DNA of 64,000 bases from positions 996-64,995 of the forward strand of contig JANWZI010000006.1 in assembly GCA_025054695.1 (NCBI GenBank), given 5' to 3'. Both the position numbers and the translations under genes were made by a program. Shown here piece after piece: positions 48,873 through 58,559 of this stretch (position 1 is its first letter; every line of letters begins with the position of its first letter). Source of the stretch: Myxococcota bacterium (GTDB taxonomy: Bacteria; Myxococcota_A; Polyangia; Polyangiales; JANWZI01). The notes below the pieces were generated by a model, which saw only the letters and a program-made list of their open reading frames with translations, was not told where the DNA came from and did not search any database.

Positions 48873-51305
48873 ATGGCCGACAAGCCGCATTCCCGGACGC
48901 CCGAGGAACCCGAACCGCCTCGCCTCGACGGCGAGCTCCCGGTCCTGCCCATCCGCAACGCGGTCCTGTTTCCGGGCGCCGTCGCGCCGTTCGAGGTAGG
49001 CCGCGAGAAATCGGTTGCGCTCGTCGAGGACATCGAGAACCTCGCGCAGCCCGTCATCGCGATCTTCGCGCAACGCGATCCCTCCGTGGACGACCCGGAC
49101 GAGTCCGATCTGCACCCGGTCGGGGTCGCGGCGCGCGTGCTCAAGGCGCTCAAGCACAGCTCGGGCAACTACTCGCTCATCCTGCAAGGTCTGGTGCGGG
49201 TCCGCCTCGAGCAGATGACGCAGACCAGTCCGTATTTGAAGGCGCGCATCAGCCGCCTGGAGGAAGTGCGCGCCGAAGACGTCGAGGCCGAGGCGCTCGC
49301 GATGAGCCTGCGTGACGTCGCCAAGCAGGTCATCCAGCTCATGCCCGAGCTGCCGCGCGAGGCAAGCACGCTCATCGACTCGATCACCGATCCGGGTCAG
49401 CTCGCCGATCTGGTGGCCGCCAACCTCGAAGCGCCGGTCGACGAAAAGGCGGGACTGCTCGAGACGATCGACCCCAAGGAGCGCATTCGCAAGGTGCTTC
49501 GGCTGCTCACCCGGCAGCTCGAGGTCCTCAAGATGCGCGAGCGCATCAACTCCCAGATCAAGGAGGAAATGGGCAAGAACCAGCGCGAGTACGTCCTGCG
49601 GCAGCAGCTCAAGGCGATCAAGGAAGAGTTGGGGGAGGAGGACGGAGATGGCGGCGACCTGGACGCGCTCGAGGAGCGCATCAACAAGGCACAGCTGCCG
49701 CAGGAGGCCGATCAGGTCGCGCGCAAGCAGCTCAAGCGCCTGCGCTCGATGCAGGTCGGGTCGGCCGAGTACACCGTCGTGCGGACGTACATCGACTGGA
49801 TCCTCGACGTGCCGTGGCGCAAGGAGACGGTCGACAATCTCGACATCGCCGAGGTGCGGCGCGTGCTCGACGAGGACCACTCGGGCTTGGAGAAGGTCAA
49901 GAAGCGCATCGTCGAGTATCTCGCCGTTCGCAAGCTCAAGAAGGACAAGAAAGGGCCCATCCTCTGCCTCATCGGGCCACCTGGCGTCGGCAAGACGTCG
50001 CTCGGCCGGTCGATCGCGCGGGCGCTCGGGCGCAAGTTCGTGCGTATCTCGCTCGGCGGTGTGCACGACGAAGCGGCGATCCGTGGCCATCGTCGCACCT
50101 ACGTCGGCGCGCTGCCGGGTCAGATCATCCAGGGCATGAAGAAGGCGGGCACGATCAATCCCGTGTTCATGCTCGACGAGATCGACAAGATCGGTCACGA
50201 CTTCCGCGGCGATCCGGCCGCCGCGCTGCTCGAGGTGCTCGACCCGGAGCAGAACGACACCTTCTCGGACCACTACCTCGAGATTCCCTACGACCTGTCG
50301 AAGGTGATGTTCATCGCGACGGCGAACGTCGGCGACACGATCCCGCCGCCGTTGCGCGACCGCATGGAGATCATTGAGATCCCAGGCTACACGCGGCGCG
50401 AGAAGCTCGACATCGCACGCCAGCATTTGCTGCCCAAGCAGCTCGAGGAGCACGGGATCCGGGCCGAGGTGCTGCAGATCGAGGACGCGGCGCTCGAGGA
50501 GATCATCGACCACTACACGCGCGAGGCAGGGGTCCGCCGGCTCGAGCAGCAGATCGCCGCGGTCATCCGGGGCGTGGCGGTGCAGGTGGCGGAGGGCAAG
50601 AGCGGACCGTGGCGCGTGGCCACCCAGGCCGATCTGCGACCCTTCCTCGGACCGCCCCGGTTCACGAGCGACGTCGCCGAGCGTACGTCGGAAACCGGCG
50701 TGGCGACCGGCCTGGCCTGGACCGCGACGGGCGGCGAGATCCTGTTCATCGAGGCGACTCGAATGCACGGCTCGGGGAAGCTGCAGCTCACCGGGCAGCT
50801 CGGCGACGTGATGAAGGAGAGCGCGCAGGCAGCCCTGAGCTTCGTGCGCGCCCGCGCGGCCGCGCTGGGCTTGCCGGAGGACTTCCTGGAGAAGAGCGAC
50901 GTGCACATCCACATTCCGGCCGGGGCGATGCCCAAGGACGGCCCCAGCGCCGGCGTGACGATGATGACGGCGCTCGTCTCGTTGCTCGCGGGCTTGCGGG
51001 TGCGGCACGACGTCGCGATGACCGGAGAGATCACACTGCGCGGCCGGGTGCTCCCGGTCGGTGGCATCAAGGAAAAGGTCCTCGCTGCGCACCGCGCGGG
51101 CATCCGGCGCGTCATCTTGCCCGAACGGAACATGGCGGACCTCGAGGAGGTTCCGGCCGAGGTGCGCGAGACGCTCGAGTTCGTTCCGGTCAGCCGCATG
51201 GATGAGGTGCTTCTGGCAGCGCTCGAGGGCGCCGAACGGCTCAAGCTACGTTCCGACGAGCCCGCGGCAGGCGAGGGGGCTCGGCCGTCTCAGCCCGCGA
51301 ACTGA
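48873..51305 (+). CDS. lon: ATP-dependent Lon protease
   Basis: ORF track. N-terminal LON domain ([14 protein letters not shown]), Walker [10 protein letters not shown], catalytic Ser PKDGPSAG and Lys GGIKEK. Confidence 0.96.
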   Translation: MADKPHSRTPEEPEPPRLDGELPVLPIRNAVLFPGAVAPFEVGREKSVALVEDIENLAQPVIAIFAQRDPSVDDPDESDLHPVGVAARVLKALKHSSGNYSLILQGLVRVRLEQMTQTSPYLKARISRLEEVRAEDVEAEALAMSLRDVAKQVIQLMPELPREASTLIDSITDPGQLADLVAANLEAPVDEKAGLLETIDPKERIRKVLRLLTRQLEVLKMRERINSQIKEEMGKNQREYVLRQQLKAIKEELGEEDGDGGDLDALEERINKAQLPQEADQVARKQLKRLRSMQVGSAEYTVVRTYIDWILDVPWRKETVDNLDIAEVRRVLDEDHSGLEKVKKRIVEYLAVRKLKKDKKGPILCLIGPPGVGKTSLGRSIARALGRKFVRISLGGVHDEAAIRGHRRTYVGALPGQIIQGMKKAGTINPVFMLDEIDKIGHDFRGDPAAALLEVLDPEQNDTFSDHYLEIPYDLSKVMFIATANVGDTIPPPLRDRMEIIEIPGYTRREKLDIARQHLLPKQLEEHGIRAEVLQIEDAALEEIIDHYTREAGVRRLEQQIAAVIRGVAVQVAEGKSGPWRVATQADLRPFLGPPRFTSDVAERTSETGVATGLAWTATGGEILFIEATRMHGSGKLQLTGQLGDVMKESAQAALSFVRARAAALGLPEDFLEKSDVHIHIPAGAMPKDGPSAGVTMMTALVSLLAGLRVRHDVAMTGEITLRGRVLPVGGIKEKVLAAHRAGIRRVILPERNMADLEEVPAEVRETLEFVPVSRMDEVLLAALEGAERLKLRSDEPAAGEGARPSQPAN

Positions 51306-51376
51306 GCCAGACGGCGCAATGGCCTCGCCGAGCAGGTCGATCACCGACGGGAGGTGTGTCTCGGGTCGGCGTGGGA

Positions 51377-51625
51377 GTCTGACGGCGGCGGTCACGTGGG
51401 CTCGATGTAGCCGACGCATGTTGTGAGACCGGGTCCGAGTCGCGTCGGAGTCCGTCTCGTCCAAGTGGGAGTCGGAGCTCGAGACGGAGACCGAAGCCGA
51501 GACCGAATCGGAGTCCGAGACGGAGTGATAGCCAGAGCCCCCGCTGAAGTCCGATTCCCGAGCCCGACCCGAGGTATCCGGGCCCCGACTTCGACGTCGG
51601 CTCGAGCGGTTCCAGCCGTCAGCAC
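51377..51625. repeat. hexamer-tract inverted-repeat intergenic element, copy E15
   Basis: Best-preserved left arm GTCTGACGGCGGCGGTCACGTGGGCTCGA (51377-51405), module ATGTAGCCGACGCATGTTGTGAG (51405-51427), GAGNCS tract at about 51430-51590, and right arm CGAGCGGTTCCAGCCGTCAGCAC holding the protease stop (51619-51621). An extra arm-like fragment lies at 51302-51376, starting at the lon TGA. Confidence 0.9.
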
Positions 51626-52524
51626 CGCACGCGTGGTCGGCGCCGGACGATCACGGCCGCGAGGGCGATCAGCCCCACGGAGCCAGAAAGACGCCACGTA
51701 CCGTGTCCGGCCGCCCGACAGCCGCACCCGGACGGACTGGCGTCGGTGCAGTCGAGATCGAGGCCCCCGCGGGGGGTGGGATCGCAGGCCTCGGGAAGGG
51801 CCCCGGAGGGATAGATGGCGCAGAAGCCCTCCACGTCGTCCCCCCGCAGAACGCGCTTGTCGACTTCACCGGGCTCGGAGTAGCCGTACATCGCGGCGTT
51901 GCGGTCGGCCGAGTGCGCCAGCCCGAAAAAATGGCCGACCTCGTGGGTGATCACGTTCTGCAGGTCGATGGTCCCGTCGGTACATCCCGCCGGCGCAGGG
52001 CAGACGCCGTAGCGACCCCGCTCTTCGTTGATCTCCATGTCGACGTCGTAGATCTCCCCCGTGCGCGTGTGATGCCACACCGTGGTGAGCGCGTAGGCCT
52101 GCGGGTCGTGGTCCCTCTCGGTCCAATCGGCGACGAAGGCGATCACGTTGACGTTGCCTCCGTCCTGGACGTACTGGGCGCGGTCGCAACGTGCGCGGCG
52201 TGATTCGCGCCGCACTTCGAAGCGCGGGCCGGGTCCGCAGTCGAGCGCGAGCCAGGCCTCGAAGGAAACATCGACGATCCGCAGCACGTCGGCGTCGTCG
52301 AGGTCTCGCGCGCCGCGCGCGTCGACGGCGTAGCTCATGCATCGCCGCCGCCACTCGAGCGGGATACCTTCCATCACGCACTCCCCGATGAACGAGGGTG
52401 GGCGCCGGCTGGTCGTCATGCGACACCATGCGCGCGCGGTCGTCGACGTGGACAGCATCGCGAGCGCGACGCCGAGCGCGAGGCTGATCCCCGCGCGCCG
52501 TACAGGTTCAGCGGCGCACTTCAC
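51619..52524 (-). CDS. matrixin-like zinc metalloprotease with a MYXO-CTERM-type C-terminal sorting signal
   Basis: ORF track. Signal peptide, zinc motif HEVGHFFGLAHS followed by a Met-turn (AAMYGY), and the C-terminal GCGCRAAG...VGLIALAAVIVRRRPRVRC. The stop lies in the E15 arm. Confidence 0.85.
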   Translation of the reverse strand: MKCAAEPVRRAGISLALGVALAMLSTSTTARAWCRMTTSRRPPSFIGECVMEGIPLEWRRRCMSYAVDARGARDLDDADVLRIVDVSFEAWLALDCGPGPRFEVRRESRRARCDRAQYVQDGGNVNVIAFVADWTERDHDPQAYALTTVWHHTRTGEIYDVDMEINEERGRYGVCPAPAGCTDGTIDLQNVITHEVGHFFGLAHSADRNAAMYGYSEPGEVDKRVLRGDDVEGFCAIYPSGALPEACDPTPRGGLDLDCTDASPSGCGCRAAGHGTWRLSGSVGLIALAAVIVRRRPRVRC

Positions 52525-53107
52525 CGGTGACGTGGGCCAGGCGCGCGAGGCGAGCGCGCAGCTCCGCCAGAGGCGTGGGGCCGCTCAGGGCTGGCGCAGC
52601 GGGCGCGAGCACGCCACGCGCATCCTGGCGAACGAGCGCCAGGCCTCCTGCTCCCGGCAGCACCAGGTCCCCGGCGGGTGCTTCGACGATAGGAAGAACG
52701 CCCTGAGACATTCCCACCGGCCGAAAGTAGCCGCCGCCGGCACCCGCACGCAGGAAGAAGACCGCGCGCAGCCCCGGCTCCAACGCGGGCTCGCCCTCGA
52801 TCCGCATCGCTGTTTCGCCGATCTCGCCACCGAACGAGCGGACGATCACGCTCGTGCCCACGGCCACGTGGCCCCGCGTCACGTGCAGCACGCGAACCTC
52901 GGCGTCGGTAACGATGCGGCCGAGCGCGTCGAAGCGGCTCGATGCGCGCTCGACGCGGCCTTCGACGACGAGCGTGGAACTACGCACGAGCGCCTCGAGG
53001 TCGAGCGCCGCCGCGAGCGTGGCGCGAGCGGTGGGGAGCGTGCCCGGAAGGGCGAATGCGACCGTCGTGCTCAGGGCGAGCAACGCTACGCTCCGCCGGG
53101 ACCGCAC
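52508..53107 (-). CDS. hypothetical secreted protein
   Basis: ORF 52508..53713 trimmed to GTG 53107, giving VRSRRSVALLALSTTVAFALPGTLPTARA (signal peptide). Its 3' end overlaps the metalloprotease start by 17 nt. Confidence 0.55.
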   Translation of the reverse strand: MRSRRSVALLALSTTVAFALPGTLPTARATLAAALDLEALVRSSTLVVEGRVERASSRFDALGRIVTDAEVRVLHVTRGHVAVGTSVIVRSFGGEIGETAMRIEGEPALEPGLRAVFFLRAGAGGGYFRPVGMSQGVLPIVEAPAGDLVLPGAGGLALVRQDARGVLAPAAPALSGPTPLAELRARLARLAHVTGEVRR

Positions 53108-53139
53108 ATTCGAACAGGATGGGCGAAGCGTCGACCTCG

Positions 53140-53640
53140 TCAAGACGGCCCGGGGCTCGACGACGAAATGCGCCGCGAACCGATCCCGCGTCTCAGCGCG
53201 CGCCACGGCTCGCGCCAGGAGACGGGGGGGGAGAGGGCGACGAGCACCGCCAGCACGACGAGCCCGGCATTGCGAACGATCGGCCAGACGCCCACGCGCG
53301 CGGCGACTCGGCCTCCGAAGCAGCCACACTCGACGTCGATCCCGCGTACGAGCGCGGAGGCCATCGCGACGCCGAACACCACGAGCAACCCGGCGGCGAC
53401 GACGGCGGCGCCGCGTGCATCGACCCCGGTCAGCAGGCTCGCGGCGAGCACCAGCTCGACGACGGGGACGGCGACGGCCACGGGCCCGACGAGTGCGGCC
53501 GGCAACAAGTGGTAGTTGTCGAGCGCCGCCGCGAAGGCATCGGGCTGGACGAGTTTGGGCACGGCCGCGGTCGCGAAGATCGCGGCCAGCACGAGCCGCG
53601 CCGCGAGAACGCCGAGGCTCCTCAGGGACAGTGCCGACAC
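53140..53640 (-). CDS. MauE/DoxX-like membrane protein
   Basis: ORF 53140..53778. Four predicted TM helices and a Cys pair (DVECGCFGG), as in MauE. The start is uncertain: GTG 53640 was chosen and ATG 53676 is the alternative. Either start overlaps the 3' end of the rhodanese gene. Confidence 0.7.
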   Translation of the reverse strand: MSALSLRSLGVLAARLVLAAIFATAAVPKLVQPDAFAAALDNYHLLPAALVGPVAVAVPVVELVLAASLLTGVDARGAAVVAAGLLVVFGVAMASALVRGIDVECGCFGGRVAARVGVWPIVRNAGLVVLAVLVALSPPVSWREPWRALRRGIGSRRISSSSPGPS

Positions 53641-54149
53641 TCTCCGGCCTCCGCAGGCAAGTCGCGCTCGAGCCATGCCGCGATTCCACCCTCGAGCACG
53701 CGAACGTCGGCAATTCCCGCGCTTGCGAGTAGACGCGCCAGTCGCGTCGAAGCGGCGCAGCCTCCCGAGGTGTCGCAATAGGTCACGACCGTCCGTGCCT
53801 CGCGCAGCACCGCCAGGATCGACGGATCGACGGCCCCCGTCTCGGCCACCGGCGCCGAGATGGCTCCGGCGACGTGACCGGCTTCAAACGCGGCGCGCCC
53901 GCGCGCGTCGACGAACACCACGCTGGGCCGGCCGTACAGGGCGGCCGCATCGTCCGGCGAAATCCACGACAACGTGCCCTCCGTGACGGGTGCGGGCGTC
54001 GCAGCCTCCGAGTCGGCTCCCGGCGGTGCGCACGTCAGCGCTTCGGGGGCAGCGGGCGGGAGCGTGGGCAACCCGCGGATCGCGGCCATCCCGACGGCGA
54101 GCAGCCCGGAGACGAGCAACAGGCGAGCGGCCTCGATGCCGATGCTCAT
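53622..54149 (-). CDS. membrane-anchored rhodanese-domain protein
   Basis: ORF 53622..54311 trimmed to MSIGIEAARLLLVSGLLAVGMAAI (TM anchor); the upstream part is a translation of the E16 tract. The rhodanese fold (VVFVDARGRAAFEAGHVAGAI) has the active-site loop YCDTSGGCAAS. Confidence 0.75.
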   Translation of the reverse strand: MSIGIEAARLLLVSGLLAVGMAAIRGLPTLPPAAPEALTCAPPGADSEAATPAPVTEGTLSWISPDDAAALYGRPSVVFVDARGRAAFEAGHVAGAISAPVAETGAVDPSILAVLREARTVVTYCDTSGGCAASTRLARLLASAGIADVRVLEGGIAAWLERDLPAEAGECRHCP

Positions 54150-54199
54150 CGGGTCGTGTAGTACCGCTGCAGGACGCAACCCGCCACGCGCACGCGCAA

Positions 54200-54420
54200 C
54201 GCCGACGGTCGGCGGTCGGCTGCCGCACGACTGGCGGTCGAGGTCCGGACCGAGTCGAGACTCGGGCTGGGACTCGGACTCGGGCTCGGTCTCCGAACCG
54301 GCGTCGGACACGGAGCGCGGGCTCCAGCTCGGACCGCCGGGCCATTGCGACCTCGAAGCGCACCTTGCCGGGGCGAAGGCATCGGGGTCGTCTCCGCGAA
54401 ACGGAGCAGCCCATCGTCAG
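54200..54420. repeat. hexamer-tract inverted-repeat intergenic element, copy E16
   Basis: Left arm GCCGACGGTCGGCGGTCGGCTGCCGCACGAC, a short tract (54240-54300), right arm AACGGAGCAGCCCATCGTCAGCGC holding the permease stop (54417-54419). Confidence 0.7.
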
Positions 54421-55220
54421 CGCCCGGTGCGAGGATCGAGCCGGTCGCGGAGCCAGTCGCCCGTACGATGCATGGCGAGGACGACGACGGCGAGAACCGC
54501 CGCGACTTCGAGCGCGACGTGCGGAAAGCGCAGAAGAACCGACGTCCCCTGGTCGAGCAGCGCGCCCCAGCTCGTCTCCGTCGCCGGCCCCATGCCGAGA
54601 AACCCGAGCGTCGCCTCCGCCACGATGGCTCCGCCCATGGCCGCGCTCGCCTGCACGAGCAGCGGCCCACCCAGGTGCGGAAGCACGTGCCGGAGGAGCA
54701 CGCGCGCCTCGGAGGCGCCGAGCGCCCGCGACGCGAGCACGAAGTCCCGATTGCGCAGCTCGAGCGCGCGCGACCGAGCCAGTCGGGCGAAGACGACCCA
54801 GCCACTCGCGCTGAGGGCGACGACGAGGTGTTCCGGTCCGGGACGTTCGACGAGCGCGAGCAGCGCGACGTGCAACACGAGCGACGGGAACGCGGAGACG
54901 AGGTCCGCCAGCGCCATCACCGCGTGCTCGACGAGCCCACCGCGCATCGCGGCGAGCGTGCCGAGCATTGCACCCAGCACGAGGCTGATGACGACCGTGC
55001 TCGCCGCGATCGTGCCGCCAAATCGCGCGCCGTGCAGCAACACCGACAGCACGTCGACGCCGTTGTCGGCGGTGCCGAGCGGGTGCCGCAGGCTCGGCCC
55101 CTCGTACTGGCGCGCGAGATCGATGGCGTGCGGATCGTGCGGAGCGAGGGCCGGTCCGACGAGCGCCGCGGTCAGGTAGCCGGCGACGACGAGCCTGGGC
55201 CAGCGCGCCTCGGCGCGCAT
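54417..55220 (-). CDS. ABC transporter permease (DppC/OppC type)
   Basis: Inner Met (MRAEARWPRL) of ORF 54417..56330. The ATG overlaps the upstream TGA (ATGA). EAA-loop-like ASRALGASEARVLLRHVLPH. The stop lies in the E16 arm. Confidence 0.85.
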   Translation of the reverse strand: MRAEARWPRLVVAGYLTAALVGPALAPHDPHAIDLARQYEGPSLRHPLGTADNGVDVLSVLLHGARFGGTIAASTVVISLVLGAMLGTLAAMRGGLVEHAVMALADLVSAFPSLVLHVALLALVERPGPEHLVVALSASGWVVFARLARSRALELRNRDFVLASRALGASEARVLLRHVLPHLGGPLLVQASAAMGGAIVAEATLGFLGMGPATETSWGALLDQGTSVLLRFPHVALEVAAVLAVVVLAMHRTGDWLRDRLDPRTGR

Positions 55221-56170
55221 CAGGGCGACACCGCCTCCCGTACCCGCGGATCGACGGCGGCGTGCAGCAGATCCGCGACCACGAAGATCCCGACGTGCAG
55301 GGCCGCGGCGAGCAGCGCGCATCCCTGCACGACGGGCACGTCGCGGTCGAAGAACGCCTCGACGAGCAGCGAGCCGAGCCCCGGACGTTCGAAGAGCCGC
55401 TCGGCGACGACGGCGCCGGAGAGCAGCGCCCCGGCCTGCGCGGCGCCGAGCGTCAGCACGGGGCCGAGCGCCGTCGGCAGCGCGTGCCGCACGAGCGCGT
55501 GCGTTCCGGACAGTCCGCGCGCGCGCGCGGCGGCCACCCACGGCTCTCCGATCGCCTCGAGGGTTGCGGCCCGGCACTGTCGCAGCAGGGTTGCGGCCAT
55601 GGCACCGCCGGTGGCGAGCGCGGGCAAAAGCAGGCCGCGCACGCCGCGGGCCTCCTCGTCGCCCGGCATCGGGAGCCATTGCAGCACGACGCCGAAGACG
55701 AGCACGAGCAGCGGACCGAGCACGATGGTCGGCACGGCGGCGCCGAGCGCGCCGAGCCCCGAGACGATCCGGTCGATCCTGCGGCCGCGGCTGGCCGCCG
55801 CGAGCACGCCGAGCGGAAGGGCCACGGCCCAGGCCACCGCGAGCGCGGCCAGCGCGAGCGCGACGGTGTGCGGCATCGCCTCGGCGATCAACGAGCCGAC
55901 CGTGCGATCCGGACGTCGGAACGAATGGCCGAGCGATCCGTCGAGCAACGCTCGCGTCTGGGAGGCGAGTTGTTCCCCGAGGGGTCTGTCCAGCCCCAGC
56001 GCCCTGCGCATCGCTTCGCGGTCCTCGGGCGCCGCCTGGTCGCCGAGAATCGCATCGACGGGATCGCCTGGAACGAGGCGTACCAGGAGAAAGACGAGAA
56101 GCGCGACCGACAGGACGGTCAGAAGCCCTCGCCCGAGTCGAATCACGACGAATCGCCACACGCGCGTCAC
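55220..56170 (-). CDS. ABC transporter permease (DppB/OppB type)
   Basis: ORF track. Motifs are LVRLVPGDPVDAILG and the EAA loop AARARGLSGTHALVRHALP. Confidence 0.85.
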   Translation of the reverse strand: MTRVWRFVVIRLGRGLLTVLSVALLVFLLVRLVPGDPVDAILGDQAAPEDREAMRRALGLDRPLGEQLASQTRALLDGSLGHSFRRPDRTVGSLIAEAMPHTVALALAALAVAWAVALPLGVLAAASRGRRIDRIVSGLGALGAAVPTIVLGPLLVLVFGVVLQWLPMPGDEEARGVRGLLLPALATGGAMAATLLRQCRAATLEAIGEPWVAAARARGLSGTHALVRHALPTALGPVLTLGAAQAGALLSGAVVAERLFERPGLGSLLVEAFFDRDVPVVQGCALLAAALHVGIFVVADLLHAAVDPRVREAVSP

Positions 56171-56188
56171 GGCGTGGACGAAACGGGC

Positions 56189-56569
56189 TCAGGGCCCCAC
56201 TGCGCAGAAGCGCGCCGTCTCGGGCGATCCGAGCAGCCGCGCGAGCGGCGCGCCGTCCGGTCCACGCAGGGCCGAGGCCCGCACGCATCGGTAGCCCTCG
56301 TCGCGTCGGCAGTCTGCGTCGTCCTCGCACGCGGCCATGCAGTAGCTGACCGCTAGACGCGGCGGCTCAAATCGGAACTCGACGCAGCGCGCGTCGTCGG
56401 GGCAGGTGCCCTCCTCACACGGCGTCATCGTGCAGTAGCCCCCCGGCGAGGCGGTGTCGCAGATCCGATCCCCCTGGACGGAGCAGTCGACGCTCGTCTC
56501 GCACGCGTCGCCGATCCGCGGCTCGCACGCGGACCCGATCGCGACGATCAAGAATAGGCAAGCTCGCAC
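56189..56569 (-). CDS. small cysteine-rich lipoprotein
   Basis: ORF track. Lipobox LIVAIGSAC/EP. It shares the Cys-rich module (CEDDADCRRDEGYRCV) with the 41037..41948 protein. Confidence 0.65.
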   Translation of the reverse strand: MRACLFLIVAIGSACEPRIGDACETSVDCSVQGDRICDTASPGGYCTMTPCEEGTCPDDARCVEFRFEPPRLAVSYCMAACEDDADCRRDEGYRCVRASALRGPDGAPLARLLGSPETARFCAVGP

Positions 56570-56655
56570 AAAGGGTGGAGCATAGTGATGCGCCGCCGGA
56601 TGTCCACGTTGCCCCGTGGAGCGATGCGCAACGGTGCGACGATGCTCTGCCGCCT

Positions 56656-56937
56656 CGGACCCACGGCGGCGGTCACCTGGGGACGACGCGCCCGAGGGCT
56701 GTTATGAATCAAGCCCCGAGCTCAGGTCCAAGTCCAAACCCGAGTCAGACTCCGATCCCGAGCTCGAGCCGGATAGCAGCGATCCCGTCGATCGACGATG
56801 CCGAGGGGCATGGCGATTCCGAGGCCGTTTCAGAGCCCGAGCCGGAGGCCGAGGCCGAGCCTGCGCTCCGAGCCCGACTCCCCCCCCGAGACCGAGGTGG
56901 AACCGCGGCCACCCAACGTGGCCCCTGCTGTCGGACT
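56656..56937. repeat. hexamer-tract inverted-repeat intergenic element, copy E17 (in a divergent promoter region)
   Basis: Left arm GGACCCACGGCGGCGGTCACCTGGGGACGACG, module CCCGAGGGCTGTTATGA (12 nt, CCGAGGGCTGTT, are identical to E3), a GAGNCS-type tract, right arm GAACCGCGGCCACCCAACGTGGCCCCTGCTGTCGGAC (compare the E3 right arm). Confidence 0.88.
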
Positions 56938-57168
56938 CCAGTTCGGTACTCGGGGCGGGACTCGACTTCGAACCGGTTGCCCAAAGCCCCTCGTGCGTTC
57001 CTGCTGGAGGCCGGTGGACGAACGCCCGCGCGGGGCAAACCGACGGCACTCCGCCGGACGTGTACTCTAGACCGCAGTTCCGTGTGCGCGGCGCCGCGTG
57101 TTGAGTGTGGCCAAGCGCCGGCGTCGGCTCGCTTTTCGAGGGAACGGCGCGTGCAATAGGCTTCCCCC

Positions 57169-58521
57169 ATGCTGCGTCGAGTCGAGAGTCGGTCCCATCG
57201 TGGGGCCGTCATGGTTTTCGCGATTGCGGCGGCGGGCTGTGCCATGGAACTGTCCGATTCGGCGGGGACGGGACCGGAGGGCGCATCCATCCATGCCGAG
57301 GTCGAATGCGGAATGTATGGCCGAGCGCCTGGGTCGAACCGCCCTCCCGCGCTCGAGGACGTGCTCGCGGGGGCTCGCTACATCGCCGATGCCGACGGGT
57401 CGATGCGGCTCTCTGCGCTGAGGGTTCTCTCGGCCTACGTGCGCCCCGAGGAACTGCCGACGGAGGCCACTTGGAGCCGCGCGGATCCGTGGATCGTCGT
57501 GACGCATCCCTCGGGCTCCATCGTCTGGACATTCTATCAGGGCGACACCGTGGCGACTGAGTACTGCGTCGCGCCGGACGCACTGCGCCCCGGCGAGCGG
57601 CTGGTGCCCATGCTGGACGTCGACTGGGATGCCGGCGCGCTCGCGCTGGGTCCCGACGGCTTCCGCGAGCTGGAGCCCGATGCGGCCGGTTCGCCCGAGC
57701 ATCCGCTCGTGGAACGGGCGCCAGCGTCCTCGACGAACGAGCTCGACGAGGAGACCGCGCGCGGCGCGACGGTGGCGGTCCGTTATTTGAAGGCGTGCCC
57801 GACGAGCCTGCGGGAATGTCTGCTGTATGGCCCGCTTTCCGACATCGTCGCGGCCGTCGATCCGCTCGAGCCGCCCGGAGGGTGGAACCTGCGACCCGCC
57901 GCTCCGAGCTGGGATCCGGCGTCGTTCCGGGTCGACGGACGGCTGCGGCACCCGCTTTCCGCCGCGGAGTTTGCCGAGATCGAGTGGATGGATCGCCCCG
58001 ACGACGAGGGCAGTCCCGTCGCGGTTCGGGTCTGGATCGTCCGCGCGGATCGGCGCGTGCCCGCCTTCGACTACGAGGTGTGGGACCGACCGATTCCGGG
58101 CTTCGATACGAACATCGAGCTGGTGCGTGACGGCGACCGACTGGTGCTGACGGCGTGGTCGCCGGACACCGGCGTCGGAGCCGTCTCGGAGCACGATGCC
58201 CGAACGCTCGAGCGCATCGGGGCGCCCCTCGTCGTGCGCGCCGAGCCGTACCACGACCTCGGCTGTGACGCAGGACTGTGGTCCATGCGACCGACGCCGG
58301 TGCGTACGGCGCGGGGTCTGCGCATGGCATTGCACGACGGAGGCGCCCGGGCGTGGTACTTCGAGCAGCCGGGGCAATTCGGCGCCGAGGTGCGCGTCAC
58401 CGAAGAGGGGCACCACGCGATGTTCGAGGTGGCCGCGGATGGTTCGCTGCGGCCTGCGCGCGGCTCGCGGCCGGTCGTCCTCGACCTCTACACCGATTCC
58501 CTCTCGTACGCCGACGAATAG
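57169..58521 (+). CDS. hypothetical lipoprotein
   Basis: ORF track. Lipobox VMVFAIAAAGC/AME, GC3-rich codons, no catalytic motif recognised. Confidence 0.65.
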   Translation: MLRRVESRSHRGAVMVFAIAAAGCAMELSDSAGTGPEGASIHAEVECGMYGRAPGSNRPPALEDVLAGARYIADADGSMRLSALRVLSAYVRPEELPTEATWSRADPWIVVTHPSGSIVWTFYQGDTVATEYCVAPDALRPGERLVPMLDVDWDAGALALGPDGFRELEPDAAGSPEHPLVERAPASSTNELDEETARGATVAVRYLKACPTSLRECLLYGPLSDIVAAVDPLEPPGGWNLRPAAPSWDPASFRVDGRLRHPLSAAEFAEIEWMDRPDDEGSPVAVRVWIVRADRRVPAFDYEVWDRPIPGFDTNIELVRDGDRLVLTAWSPDTGVGAVSEHDARTLERIGAPLVVRAEPYHDLGCDAGLWSMRPTPVRTARGLRMALHDGGARAWYFEQPGQFGAEVRVTEEGHHAMFEVAADGSLRPARGSRPVVLDLYTDSLSYADE

Positions 58522-58559
58522 ACTTGAGACGCGCCGACCGAGCGCGTCCGGGTCGTGCC

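Noticed and set aside
47526-51092. Large antisense shadow ORFs (47526..51092 opposite lon and the GT2 gene, 22659..24314 opposite mreB, 58743..60797 opposite slt, 34299..36638, 6908..8149, 12252..14474)
   Set aside because: These are typical stop-poor antisense frames of a >70% GC genome. Their translations are Arg/Gly/Pro-rich with no recognisable motifs, while the opposite strand encodes strongly recognisable proteins.
57141-57155. GGAACGGCGCGTGCA (GG-N10-GC spacing) just upstream of the ATG at 57169, considered as a sigma54 promoter
   Set aside because: Only the GG/GC dinucleotides match. The site is so close to the ATG that the transcript would be essentially leaderless. It is likely a chance match in GC-rich DNA.
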